Part shown: positions 52,879-62,737 of the stretch, piece by piece
Layout of the letters: every line of letters begins with the position of its first letter
Position numbering within the stretch: the stretch's first letter is position 1
From: Candidatus Paracaedibacteraceae bacterium
GTDB lineage: Bacteria > Pseudomonadota > Alphaproteobacteria > Paracaedibacterales > CAIOTO01
DNA length: 64,000 bases
NCBI GenBank assembly: GCA_030694965.1
Contig: JAUYTZ010000009.1
Coordinates: forward strand, 137,418-201,417
Direction of reading: 5' to 3'
The notes under the pieces: model-generated
Told to the model about the DNA's origin: nothing
Database searches by the model: none
Seen by the model: the letters and a program-made list of their open reading frames with translations, nothing else
Made by a program: the position numbers and the translations under genes

Positions 52879-53337
52879 AGAAGTATCTTTTACACCTTAA
52901 TAGTGTGGATGATATTAGATTTTAACGCCTTTGTGCAACACTTTTTTGAAATGGTTGCAAGAATGTCTATCCATGAATAAGAAAGGAGATAGTACCGCTT
53001 GTTTTGAAATGAGTCATTGATTAATTTCTATTTCTATAGAGCTCGTTTTGCAAAACTTATAATTCAAAAAGAATCCGGTGAAAAAAAATTGTCACAAATA
53101 CATTAAAAATAAAAAAAATCTGAAATGTTTTTTTCTTTAAATCTTACTATTCTATCTATAAATTATTGATCATTTTCTTTAAGAATGATAGATTACTATG
53201 ACTTACCAATTACGCTCTTGGGATGATTAATCATACCAATTTGTGTCAGATTTTATTTGTTAATAATAAAATGATTCTTGCACAAATGGGCAGGAGACGT
53301 TAAAAAGAAAACAGCTATATGAAAGGATAACCGGCAG

Positions 53338-54738
53338 TTGATTAACCTTAAACCTATTTTTATTTCCGGACGAGAAGTTTTGCCTCTTATTGAAGGTGGT
53401 AAAGGTATTTCTGTTTCTAATGGGCAAAGCTCTGGAGCATGGGCTGCTGCTGGCGGTGTTGGTACTTTCTCAGCAGTAAATGCAGATTCATATGATAAAG
53501 ATGGCAATATTATACCTATTGTTTATCACGGAAAAACACGTCGTGAGCGTCATGAAGAACTTATTCAAAATGCAATTAAAGGCGGAATTACGCAAGCACG
53601 CCGTGCTTATGATACATCTAATGGTAATGGTCGTGTTCATATGAATGTGCTTTGGGAAATGGGTGCGGTTGAGCCTATTTTGCATGGTGTATTATCGCAG
53701 ACAAAAGGAATCGTTCATGGGGTAACTTGCGGCGCAGGTATGCCGTTTAAGCTTGCTGAAATTTGTGTATCTTACGGTGTTCATTATTATCCGATCGTAT
53801 CATCTGGTCGTGCCTTTAATATCTTGTGGAAGCGCGCATATAGCCACTTTGCTGACTTTTTAGGCGGTGTCGTATATGAGGATCCATGGTTAGCTGGTGG
53901 ACATAATGGTTTATCAAATAGTGAAGACCCACAAAAACCAGAAGCACCACTTGAACGGGTAATCCTTTTGCGCAAAGTGATGCGTGAATGTGGTATTAGT
54001 GATACCGTGCCAATTATTATGGCTGGTGGTGTGTGGTGGCTTATTGAATGGGCTGAGTGGTTAAACAACCCACTTATTGGTGCAATTTCTTTTCAATATG
54101 GAACAAGGCCTTTACTTACACAAGAAAGTCCTATCTCAGATGCCTGGAAGCGTAAGCTTGTTACGTTAAAAGAAGGCGAAATATTCTTAAATCGTTTTAG
54201 TCCAACAGGGTTTTATTCTTCAGCTGTTAATAATGACTTTATGCATGAGCTAGATGGCCGTTCAAAGCGACAAGTTGCATATAGCGTTAAGCCAGTTGGA
54301 GATCATGTTGCAACATTTTCAGTAGGCGCACGAGGACGAGTTGTTTATTTAACACCGCATGATAAAGAGATGGCAGAATTTTGGGTGGCAAATGGTTTCG
54401 CTGAAGCAATGCGCACACCAGATACGACATTAATTTTTGTGACAGCCGATTCAGCGAATGAAATCTTGAAAGATCAAATTGACTGTATGGGATGTTTGTC
54501 AGCGTGTAAATTTAGCAATTGGGCACAAAATGAAGAAGGGACTACTGGCAAAAAAGCAGATCCACGGTCATTTTGTATTCAAAAAACATTGCAAGCGATT
54601 AGTCACAGTGATGACGTTGATAATCAACTTATGTTTAGCGGCCATCAGGCGTATCGATTTGGGAAAGATCCGTTTTACGCGAATGGTTTTGTACCAACAG
54701 TTAAGCAATTGATAGAACAAATTCAAACAGGTTATTAG
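53338..54738 (+). CDS. Nitronate monooxygenase / NAD(P)H-dependent flavin oxidoreductase family protein
   Basis: PLIEGGKG, CGAGMP, EDPWLAGGHNG, IMAGG, CMGCLSAC. Confidence 0.88.
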   Translation: MINLKPIFISGREVLPLIEGGKGISVSNGQSSGAWAAAGGVGTFSAVNADSYDKDGNIIPIVYHGKTRRERHEELIQNAIKGGITQARRAYDTSNGNGRVHMNVLWEMGAVEPILHGVLSQTKGIVHGVTCGAGMPFKLAEICVSYGVHYYPIVSSGRAFNILWKRAYSHFADFLGGVVYEDPWLAGGHNGLSNSEDPQKPEAPLERVILLRKVMRECGISDTVPIIMAGGVWWLIEWAEWLNNPLIGAISFQYGTRPLLTQESPISDAWKRKLVTLKEGEIFLNRFSPTGFYSSAVNNDFMHELDGRSKRQVAYSVKPVGDHVATFSVGARGRVVYLTPHDKEMAEFWVANGFAEAMRTPDTTLIFVTADSANEILKDQIDCMGCLSACKFSNWAQNEEGTTGKKADPRSFCIQKTLQAISHSDDVDNQLMFSGHQAYRFGKDPFYANGFVPTVKQLIEQIQTGY

Positions 54739-54753
54739 TTTTTTCTGTTAGTA

Positions 54754-54797
54754 ATATAAAAAAAGGCTTCTTAAATATAAGAAGCCTTTTTTTATAT
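54754..54797. terminator. Bidirectional intrinsic terminator
   Basis: ATATAAAAAAAGGCTTCTTA-AATA-TAAGAAGCCTTTTTTTATAT between convergent genes. Confidence 0.9.
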
Positions 54798-54809
54798 CTT
54801 ATTTGTGTG

Positions 54810-57449
54810 TTACCCTAATTCACTTAAAACATACGGCAAAATACCGCCGCTTTGCATATAGCAAACTTCTTCACGTGTATCGATGCGACAAAAAAGTTCC
54901 ACTGTCTCAGTTTTTCCATCAACGCGATGAATATGTAATAATACATTCATGCCCGGTGAAATTCCATCTTCAAGGCCTGTTATATCAAGTGTTTCATGTC
55001 CAGTTAAATTGAGCGATTTGCGTGTGATTCCATCTTTAAATACAAGAGGAATAACGCCCATACCAACCAAATTTGATCTATGAATACGTTCAAAGCTTTC
55101 AGCAATAACAGCGCGTATACCCAATAACCGCGTTCCTTTTGCAGCCCAATCACGTGATGAACCTGTTCCGTATTCTTTTCCTGCTATAATAATGAGAGGC
55201 GTATTTTTCTTTTGATAGCGCATTGCTGCATCAAAAATAGACATTATATTAGCATTTGTATCTTTTTCGCCTAAGAATCGTGTTACGCCTCCTGTTTGTT
55301 CCGGGGTTAGCTCATTTTGTATGCGTATATTAGCAAAGGTGCCACGCATCATAATTTCGTGGTTTCCTCGGCGTGCACCGTACGAGTTAAAGTCTAAAAT
55401 ATCAACTGAATGTTCCATCAAGTAACTTCCAGCTGGCCCTTTAGGTTTAATATTTCCGGCAGGTGAAATGTGATCCGTCGTAATGCTATCTCCAAGAAGT
55501 GCTAAAATACGTGCTCCCTTAATGTTGCCATGCTCTATTGCTTTCATATCGTTGTTGAAATAGGGAGGGTTTTTAACATAAGTGCTGTTGTTGTCCCAGC
55601 TATATGTTTGAGTTGGTTTTGCATCAATTTTTTTCCAATATTCATCGCCATTAAAGACAGTGCTATAACGTTTCTTAAACATTTCAGGTTTCATCACATT
55701 TTTAATAACGGCATCAATTTCTTCTTTTGATGGCCAAATATCTTTTAGATAAATAGGCGTGCCGTTTGCAGCAATACCAATTGGTTCTGCTGTTAAATCA
55801 ATGTGAGTTGTGCCAGTTAGTGCAAAGGCGACCACTAGAGCCGGGGAAGCTAAATAGTTTGCTTTAACTTGCGCATGAATACGCCCTTCGAAGTTACGAT
55901 TCCCTGACAGCACACCAGAAACGGTTAAATCACCTGCTTCAATAGCTTTTGCAATAGGTTCAGCAAGAGGGCCTGAGTTACCAATACATGTTGTGCATCC
56001 AAAGCCAACAATGTAAAAACCAAGTTTTTCAAGTTCAGATAGAAGACCGCTTGTGCTTAGATAATCTTGTGCAACTTGAGATCCTGGTGCAAGTGATGTT
56101 TTTACCCATGGTTTAGACGTAAGACCTAATGCATTTGCTTTTTGAGCAAGTAGACCAGCTCCAATGAGTGCGCTTGGATTGGATGTATTTGTGCAACTTG
56201 TGATTGCTGCAATAACGACATTATGGTTGAAAAGTTTATAGTCTGCATTAGGAACATCAATGCCATCACCTACTGGTATTAATTCTGCAGCTGTTTTTTT
56301 TATTGTTGTTAAGTTAATCTTATCTTGTGGACGCTTAGGCCCAGCTAGGGATGGTACTACTGCATTTAAATCAATTTCGACAACTGTGTTATAATGAATT
56401 ATTTGGTTTGAATTGCGCCATAATCCTTGTTCTTTAGTATATGCTTCAACGATAGCTATTTGTTCTTCGCTACGTCCTGTTAAGCGAAGGTATGCCAGTG
56501 TTTCATTGTCTACAGGAAAAAAACCGCATGTGGCGCCATATTCTGGTGCCATATTTGCAATGGTTGCTCTATCTGCAAGAGTTAGCGAATCTAGGCCATT
56601 TCCGTAGAATTCAACAAATTTTCCGACGACTCCTTTCTTTCGCAAAATTTCTGTAATCGTCAACACAAGATCTGTTGCTGTACATCCAGTTGGAAGGTTT
56701 CCTTTTAAATCAACCCCAACAACTTCAGGGATCAACATGGAAAGTGGTTGCCCAAGCATTGCAGATTCAGCTTCAATGCCGCCAACACCCCAGCCAAGTA
56801 CACCAAGTGCGTTCACCATAGTTGTGTGGCTATCTGTTCCTACCAAAGTGTCTGGATATAAAAGACATTCATCTGTTTGAAGTTCATGTTTAAAAACAAC
56901 AGAAGCAAGGTATTCAAGGTTTACCTGATGGCAAATACCTGTTCCAGGTGGAACAACTCTAAAATTTTCAAAAGCTTGTTGGCCCCATTTTAAAAAGGTA
57001 TAGCGTTCAAGATTTCGTTTATATTCAAGATCAACGTTTTTACGGAATGCATCTTTTGAGCCTGCCTCATCTATCATGACAGAGTGGTCAATAACAAGAT
57101 CAACAGGAATTTGAGGGTTAATTTTTGATGGATCACCTCCTTTTGCAACAATAGCGTCACGCATTGCAGCTAAATCAACAACAGCCGGAACGCCTGTAAA
57201 ATCTTGCATTAAAACGCGTGCTGGAAAAAATGAGATATCTCGTTCACCCGCTATTGGCGTATCGAAAAATTGTTTTTTTATGGTGGCTTCTGTTGTTGTA
57301 ATGCCATCACAGTGACGCCAAACGTTTTCAAGTAAAACTTTTATGCTATATGGCAATGTGTGCCAGTTGCCTAAGTGAGCTAAATCACTTAACGCCGCAA
57401 AGGAATATTTTTTTTCATTGATAACGAGAGTTTTTAAATTGCATTTCAC
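54810..57449 (-). CDS. acnA: Aconitate hydratase A
   Basis: QDFTGVPAVVD, GICHQVN, GTDSHT, ITSCTNTS, GCTTCIGNSG, GSSRDWAAKG. Confidence 0.98.
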   Translation of the reverse strand: MKCNLKTLVINEKKYSFAALSDLAHLGNWHTLPYSIKVLLENVWRHCDGITTTEATIKKQFFDTPIAGERDISFFPARVLMQDFTGVPAVVDLAAMRDAIVAKGGDPSKINPQIPVDLVIDHSVMIDEAGSKDAFRKNVDLEYKRNLERYTFLKWGQQAFENFRVVPPGTGICHQVNLEYLASVVFKHELQTDECLLYPDTLVGTDSHTTMVNALGVLGWGVGGIEAESAMLGQPLSMLIPEVVGVDLKGNLPTGCTATDLVLTITEILRKKGVVGKFVEFYGNGLDSLTLADRATIANMAPEYGATCGFFPVDNETLAYLRLTGRSEEQIAIVEAYTKEQGLWRNSNQIIHYNTVVEIDLNAVVPSLAGPKRPQDKINLTTIKKTAAELIPVGDGIDVPNADYKLFNHNVVIAAITSCTNTSNPSALIGAGLLAQKANALGLTSKPWVKTSLAPGSQVAQDYLSTSGLLSELEKLGFYIVGFGCTTCIGNSGPLAEPIAKAIEAGDLTVSGVLSGNRNFEGRIHAQVKANYLASPALVVAFALTGTTHIDLTAEPIGIAANGTPIYLKDIWPSKEEIDAVIKNVMKPEMFKKRYSTVFNGDEYWKKIDAKPTQTYSWDNNSTYVKNPPYFNNDMKAIEHGNIKGARILALLGDSITTDHISPAGNIKPKGPAGSYLMEHSVDILDFNSYGARRGNHEIMMRGTFANIRIQNELTPEQTGGVTRFLGEKDTNANIMSIFDAAMRYQKKNTPLIIIAGKEYGTGSSRDWAAKGTRLLGIRAVIAESFERIHRSNLVGMGVIPLVFKDGITRKSLNLTGHETLDITGLEDGISPGMNVLLHIHRVDGKTETVELFCRIDTREEVCYMQSGGILPYVLSELG

Positions 57450-57543
57450 CGAAGATAGTCCTATTCATATTGGATTTATCTAAAAATACAGCAAATAGTA
57501 AAGCTAATACAAGTATGTTTTGTAATGTGAGAGTGAATATAAG

Positions 57544-57572
57544 AAAAAGGCAACTTAATAGCTGCCTTTTTT
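57544..57572 (-). terminator. Intrinsic terminator after typA
   Basis: AAAAAGGCAAC-TTAATA-GCTGCCTTTTT hairpin. Confidence 0.7.
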
Positions 57573-57603
57573 GTTTTAATGAGTCTTAATCAGTTATTTT
57601 AAA

Positions 57604-59424
57604 TTATTTCTCTGATTTACGTTCTTCGCGTTTACGATCGTTTGGATCCAAAAATGCTTTACGTAAACGAATGCTTTTTGGCGTTACTTCAACGCGTTCA
57701 TCATCTTGAATGTATGCAATTGCTTGTTCTAATGTCATTAAACGTGGAGGAGCCAAACGAATTGCTTCGTCCTTACCTGATGCACGAACGTTTGTTAGTT
57801 GTTTAGCACGCAATGCATTTATTTCAAGGTCATTCTCACGGCTGTTTTCACCGATGATCATACCTTCATAGATTGGAACGCCGCCACCGATAAATAATGT
57901 ACCGCGATCTTCTATTTTCCAAAGGGCATAATCAACTGATTCACCATCGCCATTTGAAATCAAAACACCGTTACGACGACCTTCAATAGCACCACGATAG
58001 GGTGCGTAGCCATGGAATACGCGGCTCATAATACCTGTTCCGCGTGTTTCTGTTAAGAATGAACCATGATAACCAATAAGGCCGCGTGATGGTGCGTGGA
58101 AGATGATACGTGTTTTTCCGCCGCCAGATGGACGCATATCTTGCAATTCTGCTTTGCGCAAGCTCATTGATTCAACAACCGAACCTACATATTCATCGTC
58201 AACGTCAATTTGAACTTCTTCAATTGGTTCAAGGCGTTCATCTGTTTTTTCGTCGCGCTTATAGATAACACGTGGACGGCTAATAGAAAGTTCAAAACCT
58301 TCACGTCTCATTGTTTCAATAAGAACGCCTAATTGTAATTCTCCACGCCCAGCAACTTCAAAACCATCTTTTTCAGCTGTTTCTGTAATTTTTAAGGCTA
58401 CGTTACCTTCAGCTTCACGCATAAGACGTTCGCCAACAATACGTGATGTGACTTTTGTTCCTTCACGTCCAGCAAGTGGCGAATCATTTACAGAAAATGT
58501 CATCGCAAGTGTTGGTGGATCAATAGGTTGTGCAGGAAGCGGAACACTGATTTCTGTTGCGCAAATAGTGTCTGAAACGTTTGCTACTTGAAGGCCCGCA
58601 ATAACAACGATATCTCCAGCAGAAGCTTCTTCAACAGGAGTACGGTCAAGCCCACGGAACGACAAAAGCTTTGAAATACGTCCTGTTTCAACAAGATTAC
58701 CTTCATGGCTTAATACTTTAATCGCGCTGTTTAATTTTGCAACACCACTATGGATACGACCTGTTAGTACGCGACCTAAATATGGGTCATATTCACGTGT
58801 CGTCACAAGCATACGAAATGGACCTTCTTCAGACTTTGGCGCAGGGATATGGTCTGATATCTTTTGGAATAATGGCTTTAAATCCAGGCGTTCATCTGTT
58901 AATTCATTGACAGCCCAACCAGCACGACCAGACGCATAAAGCACTGGGAAGTCAAGTTGTTCATCATTTGCATCGAGTGCAATAAATAGGTCAAAAATTT
59001 CTTCAAGAACTTCGTCTTGGCGGGCGTCAGAACGATCAATTTTATTGATTACAACGATTGGTTTAAAACCAAGCTTTAAAGCTTTAGTTAAAACAAATTT
59101 TGTTTGTGGCATTGCACCTTCAGCTGCGTCAACAAGCAAAACAACTCCATCAACCATACTTAAAATACGTTCAACTTCTCCGCCAAAGTCAGCGTGTCCT
59201 GGGGTATCGACGATGTTTAAGCGCGTATCTTCCCAAAGGATAGATGTACATTTTGCCAAAATGGTAATACCACGTTCGCGTTCAAGGTCATTAGAGTCCA
59301 TAGCACGTTCTGCAACGTTTTGGTTAGCTCTGAAAGTGCCACTTTGCTTAAGAAGCGCATCGACGAGGGTTGTTTTTCCGTGGTCAACGTGGGCGATAAT
59401 CGCAAGATTGCGAAGTTGGGTCAT
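57604..59424 (-). CDS. typA: Translational GTPase TypA/BipA
   Basis: AHVDHGKTT, DTPGHADFGGE, NKID, GRGELQL, EVTPKSIRLRK. Confidence 0.98.
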   Translation of the reverse strand: MTQLRNLAIIAHVDHGKTTLVDALLKQSGTFRANQNVAERAMDSNDLERERGITILAKCTSILWEDTRLNIVDTPGHADFGGEVERILSMVDGVVLLVDAAEGAMPQTKFVLTKALKLGFKPIVVINKIDRSDARQDEVLEEIFDLFIALDANDEQLDFPVLYASGRAGWAVNELTDERLDLKPLFQKISDHIPAPKSEEGPFRMLVTTREYDPYLGRVLTGRIHSGVAKLNSAIKVLSHEGNLVETGRISKLLSFRGLDRTPVEEASAGDIVVIAGLQVANVSDTICATEISVPLPAQPIDPPTLAMTFSVNDSPLAGREGTKVTSRIVGERLMREAEGNVALKITETAEKDGFEVAGRGELQLGVLIETMRREGFELSISRPRVIYKRDEKTDERLEPIEEVQIDVDDEYVGSVVESMSLRKAELQDMRPSGGGKTRIIFHAPSRGLIGYHGSFLTETRGTGIMSRVFHGYAPYRGAIEGRRNGVLISNGDGESVDYALWKIEDRGTLFIGGGVPIYEGMIIGENSRENDLEINALRAKQLTNVRASGKDEAIRLAPPRLMTLEQAIAYIQDDERVEVTPKSIRLRKAFLDPNDRKREERKSEK

Positions 59425-59491
59425 TGTAAAATCTCTTGGAATAAAAGTTAATTTTAATTATGGTTGTTTTAAGAATTTTATAGTGTAAAAA

Positions 59492-59568
59492 TGGCGCGCC
59501 CTAGAGGATTCGAACCTCTGACCTACAGCTTAGAAGGCTGCCGCTCTATCCAGCTGAGCTAAGGGCGC
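59492..59568 (-). tRNA. tRNA-Arg (TCT)
   Basis: rc GCGCCCTTAGCTCAGCTGGATAGAGCG-GCAGC CTTCTAA GCTGT-AGGTCAGAGGTTCGAATCCTCTAGGGCGCGCCA. Confidence 0.97.
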
Positions 59569-59691
59569 ACAAAGTATGATTATGATTCTTTAATGATCTC
59601 TTAAACACACAAGTAATTTACATTAGATATATTTTTTTTTCAAGTGTATCGGGTGATTTTTTATAAAAAATATTGAAAAATGAAAAATAAT

Positions 59692-60405
59692 CTATTGCGG
59701 AGCTGCATTATCATATGGAATACAAACTAATTTTCCATTATTGTTTGCGATGTCTGCGCAATTTTTTAATTGGCCATTTACGTTTGAACGAATACTAATC
59801 GAGCGTTGATCTAAATTACGAACAACTAATATAAGGCTTAAAGTGGAGTCAAGAATTGGAATGCCAGATCCACTTAGGCATGTTGCATGAATAGTATATA
59901 TGCCATTTTGCTCTTTAACTAAATAAGGTTCATTAAGTTTTCCATATTTAGTATCATTGTAACTTTGTTTGATGCAGCTTGTTCGAAATGTGAACGTTGA
60001 AGGTATGTCTGTTATTTGGGCATCAAGTGTTTGTTGTTCTGCTGGAGGAGTCGTCGGTTGTAATACAACGTTATTTGGGTTATTAACAACTACAGGCGGC
60101 ACTGCAGGTGCTTGTTGGGGGATTGTTGGCGCCATTACAGGTGCTTGTTGTGTTAGCGGTTGTCCTGTTATATTATTTTTTGCTTGTTGATTATATGCGT
60201 TTGGGTCCACTGGATTAAAGGGGGTTGGACCAATCGAGTATGGTTGAGGTACGTTGTTGTATGGTTGGAAATCTGCTTTTAAGGCTTCTGTATGTACCAA
60301 CCCACAGATAAGCACAATGATATAGCTTTTTATATAAATTCTACTTTCCAGTGAAGCCATTTTTTTGGAAGAAGTTTTGTATGAATAATCTGATTTCATT
60401 TTCAT
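59692..60405 (-). CDS. Putative secreted protein with Pro/Gln-rich linker and C-terminal CVNH-like domain
   Basis: Hydrophobic segment ending EALKA, P/Q-rich region, then F..SC...IHATC..GSG...STLSL...NVNGQL..C.DIANNNGKLVC. Confidence 0.6.
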   Translation of the reverse strand: MKMKSDYSYKTSSKKMASLESRIYIKSYIIVLICGLVHTEALKADFQPYNNVPQPYSIGPTPFNPVDPNAYNQQAKNNITGQPLTQQAPVMAPTIPQQAPAVPPVVVNNPNNVVLQPTTPPAEQQTLDAQITDIPSTFTFRTSCIKQSYNDTKYGKLNEPYLVKEQNGIYTIHATCLSGSGIPILDSTLSLILVVRNLDQRSISIRSNVNGQLKNCADIANNNGKLVCIPYDNAAPQ

Positions 60406-60457
60406 TGATTTTTAAATAATTTGCATACTTACCTATCTTTAAGTTTGAAAGAAGGAT

Positions 60458-60473
60458 GTTAATAAATCATTAA
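60458..60473. promoter_or_regulatory. Candidate CtrA box
   Basis: GTTAA-TAAATCA-TTAA, which reads TTAA-N7-TTAAC on the minus strand; lies between the divergent CVNH-like and asmA genes. Confidence 0.5.
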
Positions 60474-60565
60474 TATTGAACGTAAGATGATAAATTCAGT
60501 TATTTCTTCTTTTAAAATGATACTTTTTTAGTTACAACAATATAAATGATATTTAATTAAAGGTC

Positions 60566-62632
60566 ATGACAGTGCTAAACAAAATAATACTTCGAGGCGC
60601 CATTGTTTCATTCGTAGTTGTTGGTGCTGCGCTGATTGTTCCATCGTTTGTCAATTGGAATTCTTACAAAGGTACGTTGCTTAATCAAATTAATGTGCAT
60701 ACCGGATTAGTTGTGTCGGTTGACGGTCCTATAAAATTTTCTTTATTCCCAAGTCCTCACCTTATTTTAAGTGATTTAACTGTTCAAAATAAACAAGTTG
60801 AAAATACAAAAAATCAATTACCACCTCTTATTAAATTAAAGCATTTATCTCTGTATGTTGACATGCTACCGTTGTTTGAGAAAAAAATTTCGATCAGCAG
60901 TGTTGAATTAATTAAGCCTTTTGTTTTTATCGAAAATGAGGAGGCTCTCAAAACTGAGTCTGCGCGAAATTCAATTGGTACTGAGCAACAAAATCCTGTT
61001 GCAAAAGAGAATGCTTCACAACAACTTTCCCTTAATATTAAGCATCTTTCAGTTGTGGATGGGACTATTATTTTAAGCAATACCAAAGAAAAAAGTCGTA
61101 ATGAAATTCAGAAAATAAATCTTTCTGGCGCCTTTGGTTTTGATAAGGGATTTGATCTAAAAGTTGCTATAGACGTCAATGGTGTGAGCATGAAAGGTTT
61201 AGTAAAAGGCGGTGCATTTATTGAAGGAATGCCACAAACGTTTGATGCTGTACTTGACGTTGCTAACGGTGATATAAAAGGCAAAATCACAGCTTCAGGC
61301 GCAATGAAGGATGGCGGGCATGTTTTAAGTGCTAAGTCAGATGCAATTAAATTGCCTCTGTCATTTTCGATTGGTGATTATTTGGTTGATTGTACAAAAG
61401 GTTTATCTTTTAACGCAAATATGACGTTTAAAGATGAAATGATTACGATTGAGAATTTGAGTGCTAAGCTAGCTGATATTGCGTTGACTTCAAAGGGAAG
61501 TTATCAATTAAAAGAAAGTAAAGGTGAACTTTCATTATCTCTTGCTTCAAGTTTGCTTAACGCATCTGGCAAGATAGCCGCTAATTTAAGTCACGTAAAA
61601 CCAATGTTAACAGTCGATTTGATTATACCAAAGTTAGACGAGCAGAGTTGGGTGAAATCAATAATGGCTTCTGATTCTACAAAGTCGAGTCAATCAAGTG
61701 AGACACAGCAAAAGACAGGAAATGAGCGGTGGTCAAATGAACCAATTGATTTAAAAGCGTTACAAATATTAGATGCAGATGTATCACTTTCAATCGACAC
61801 CTTGAAATTAAGCGGAGTTGATGCAAGTGCAGTAAAGCTTCATTTAAATCTTAATAACGGTACTGCAAAAATAAAACAGCTAACATTTAATGTTTTTGGG
61901 GGAAATACTTCTTTTTCAGGAGTAATCCACAGTCACACAGCTAATCTTAATATTGTTGCTAACATGATGGGACTTGATATTAAAAAACTTCCAGGTATGA
62001 AGGACTCTCCGGTAAAATCAGGGCGATTAAACGCGTCAGCAAATTTTGCAACAAACGCAAGGTCAATGTATACTCTAGTGCAAAAGCTTTCAGGAAAGGG
62101 ACATATTCAAATAGACAAAGGTATTGTTGAAGCCTTTGATATAGAGCAATTTATCGCTGATTTAAAAGCGAAAGATGTTTCAAAATTAAAAGGAGGTTTT
62201 GACCGTAAAAAAAATATTTCTTTTAATCATATTCGTGGTGATTTTACCCTTACGAACGGTATTGCAAATACACAAAACTGCGAAATTGATTTCAATGAGG
62301 GGGGTATTATAACTGTTGGAACAATTAATCTTCCTGATTGGACACTTGCCTTAACTTCTACCCTGAATGTGCGTGCAGACAAAAATATTCCAAGTTTAGC
62401 ATGCAATATTACAGGTTCATTAGATAGTCCAAGTTTTGCTCTTGATATGGGATCTTTGCAAAAAGAACTTGTTAAAACTGCAACTAACCAATTAGCAGAT
62501 CGTGCTAAAGCTGAAGTTCAAAAGAGCGTAAAAAAACACCTGGGAGACGTTATCCAAGGTGGTGCCGCTAATAATGTTGGCAAAGAAGTATCTAATGCTC
62601 TTGGTAAACTTTTGCCAGGTTTGCTAGGCTGA
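60566..62632 (+). CDS. AsmA family protein
   Basis: N-terminal TM, PSFVNWNSYK, FSLFPSPHL, WSNEPIDL, C-terminal AsmA-like GTINLPDW...ITGSLDSP. Confidence 0.88.
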   Translation: MTVLNKIILRGAIVSFVVVGAALIVPSFVNWNSYKGTLLNQINVHTGLVVSVDGPIKFSLFPSPHLILSDLTVQNKQVENTKNQLPPLIKLKHLSLYVDMLPLFEKKISISSVELIKPFVFIENEEALKTESARNSIGTEQQNPVAKENASQQLSLNIKHLSVVDGTIILSNTKEKSRNEIQKINLSGAFGFDKGFDLKVAIDVNGVSMKGLVKGGAFIEGMPQTFDAVLDVANGDIKGKITASGAMKDGGHVLSAKSDAIKLPLSFSIGDYLVDCTKGLSFNANMTFKDEMITIENLSAKLADIALTSKGSYQLKESKGELSLSLASSLLNASGKIAANLSHVKPMLTVDLIIPKLDEQSWVKSIMASDSTKSSQSSETQQKTGNERWSNEPIDLKALQILDADVSLSIDTLKLSGVDASAVKLHLNLNNGTAKIKQLTFNVFGGNTSFSGVIHSHTANLNIVANMMGLDIKKLPGMKDSPVKSGRLNASANFATNARSMYTLVQKLSGKGHIQIDKGIVEAFDIEQFIADLKAKDVSKLKGGFDRKKNISFNHIRGDFTLTNGIANTQNCEIDFNEGGIITVGTINLPDWTLALTSTLNVRADKNIPSLACNITGSLDSPSFALDMGSLQKELVKTATNQLADRAKAEVQKSVKKHLGDVIQGGAANNVGKEVSNALGKLLPGLLG

Positions 62633-62737
62633 TAGGTTGGGCTTTAAAATTATTCCTGGTTCTTATGCTGCTACTAGCTTGTTCATGTAGCAAAGATTCA
62701 GTATATTATTTTTACGAAACAAAAATGGAAAACGTTT

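Noticed and set aside
52931-52945. TTGTGCAACAC partial match to the IS903-like end
   Set aside because: It lacks the terminal AGCC and is too short to support.
62633-62737. Possible oriC upstream of dnaN
   Set aside because: Short spacer, no DnaA boxes (TTATCCACA) seen, and dnaA is not adjacent.
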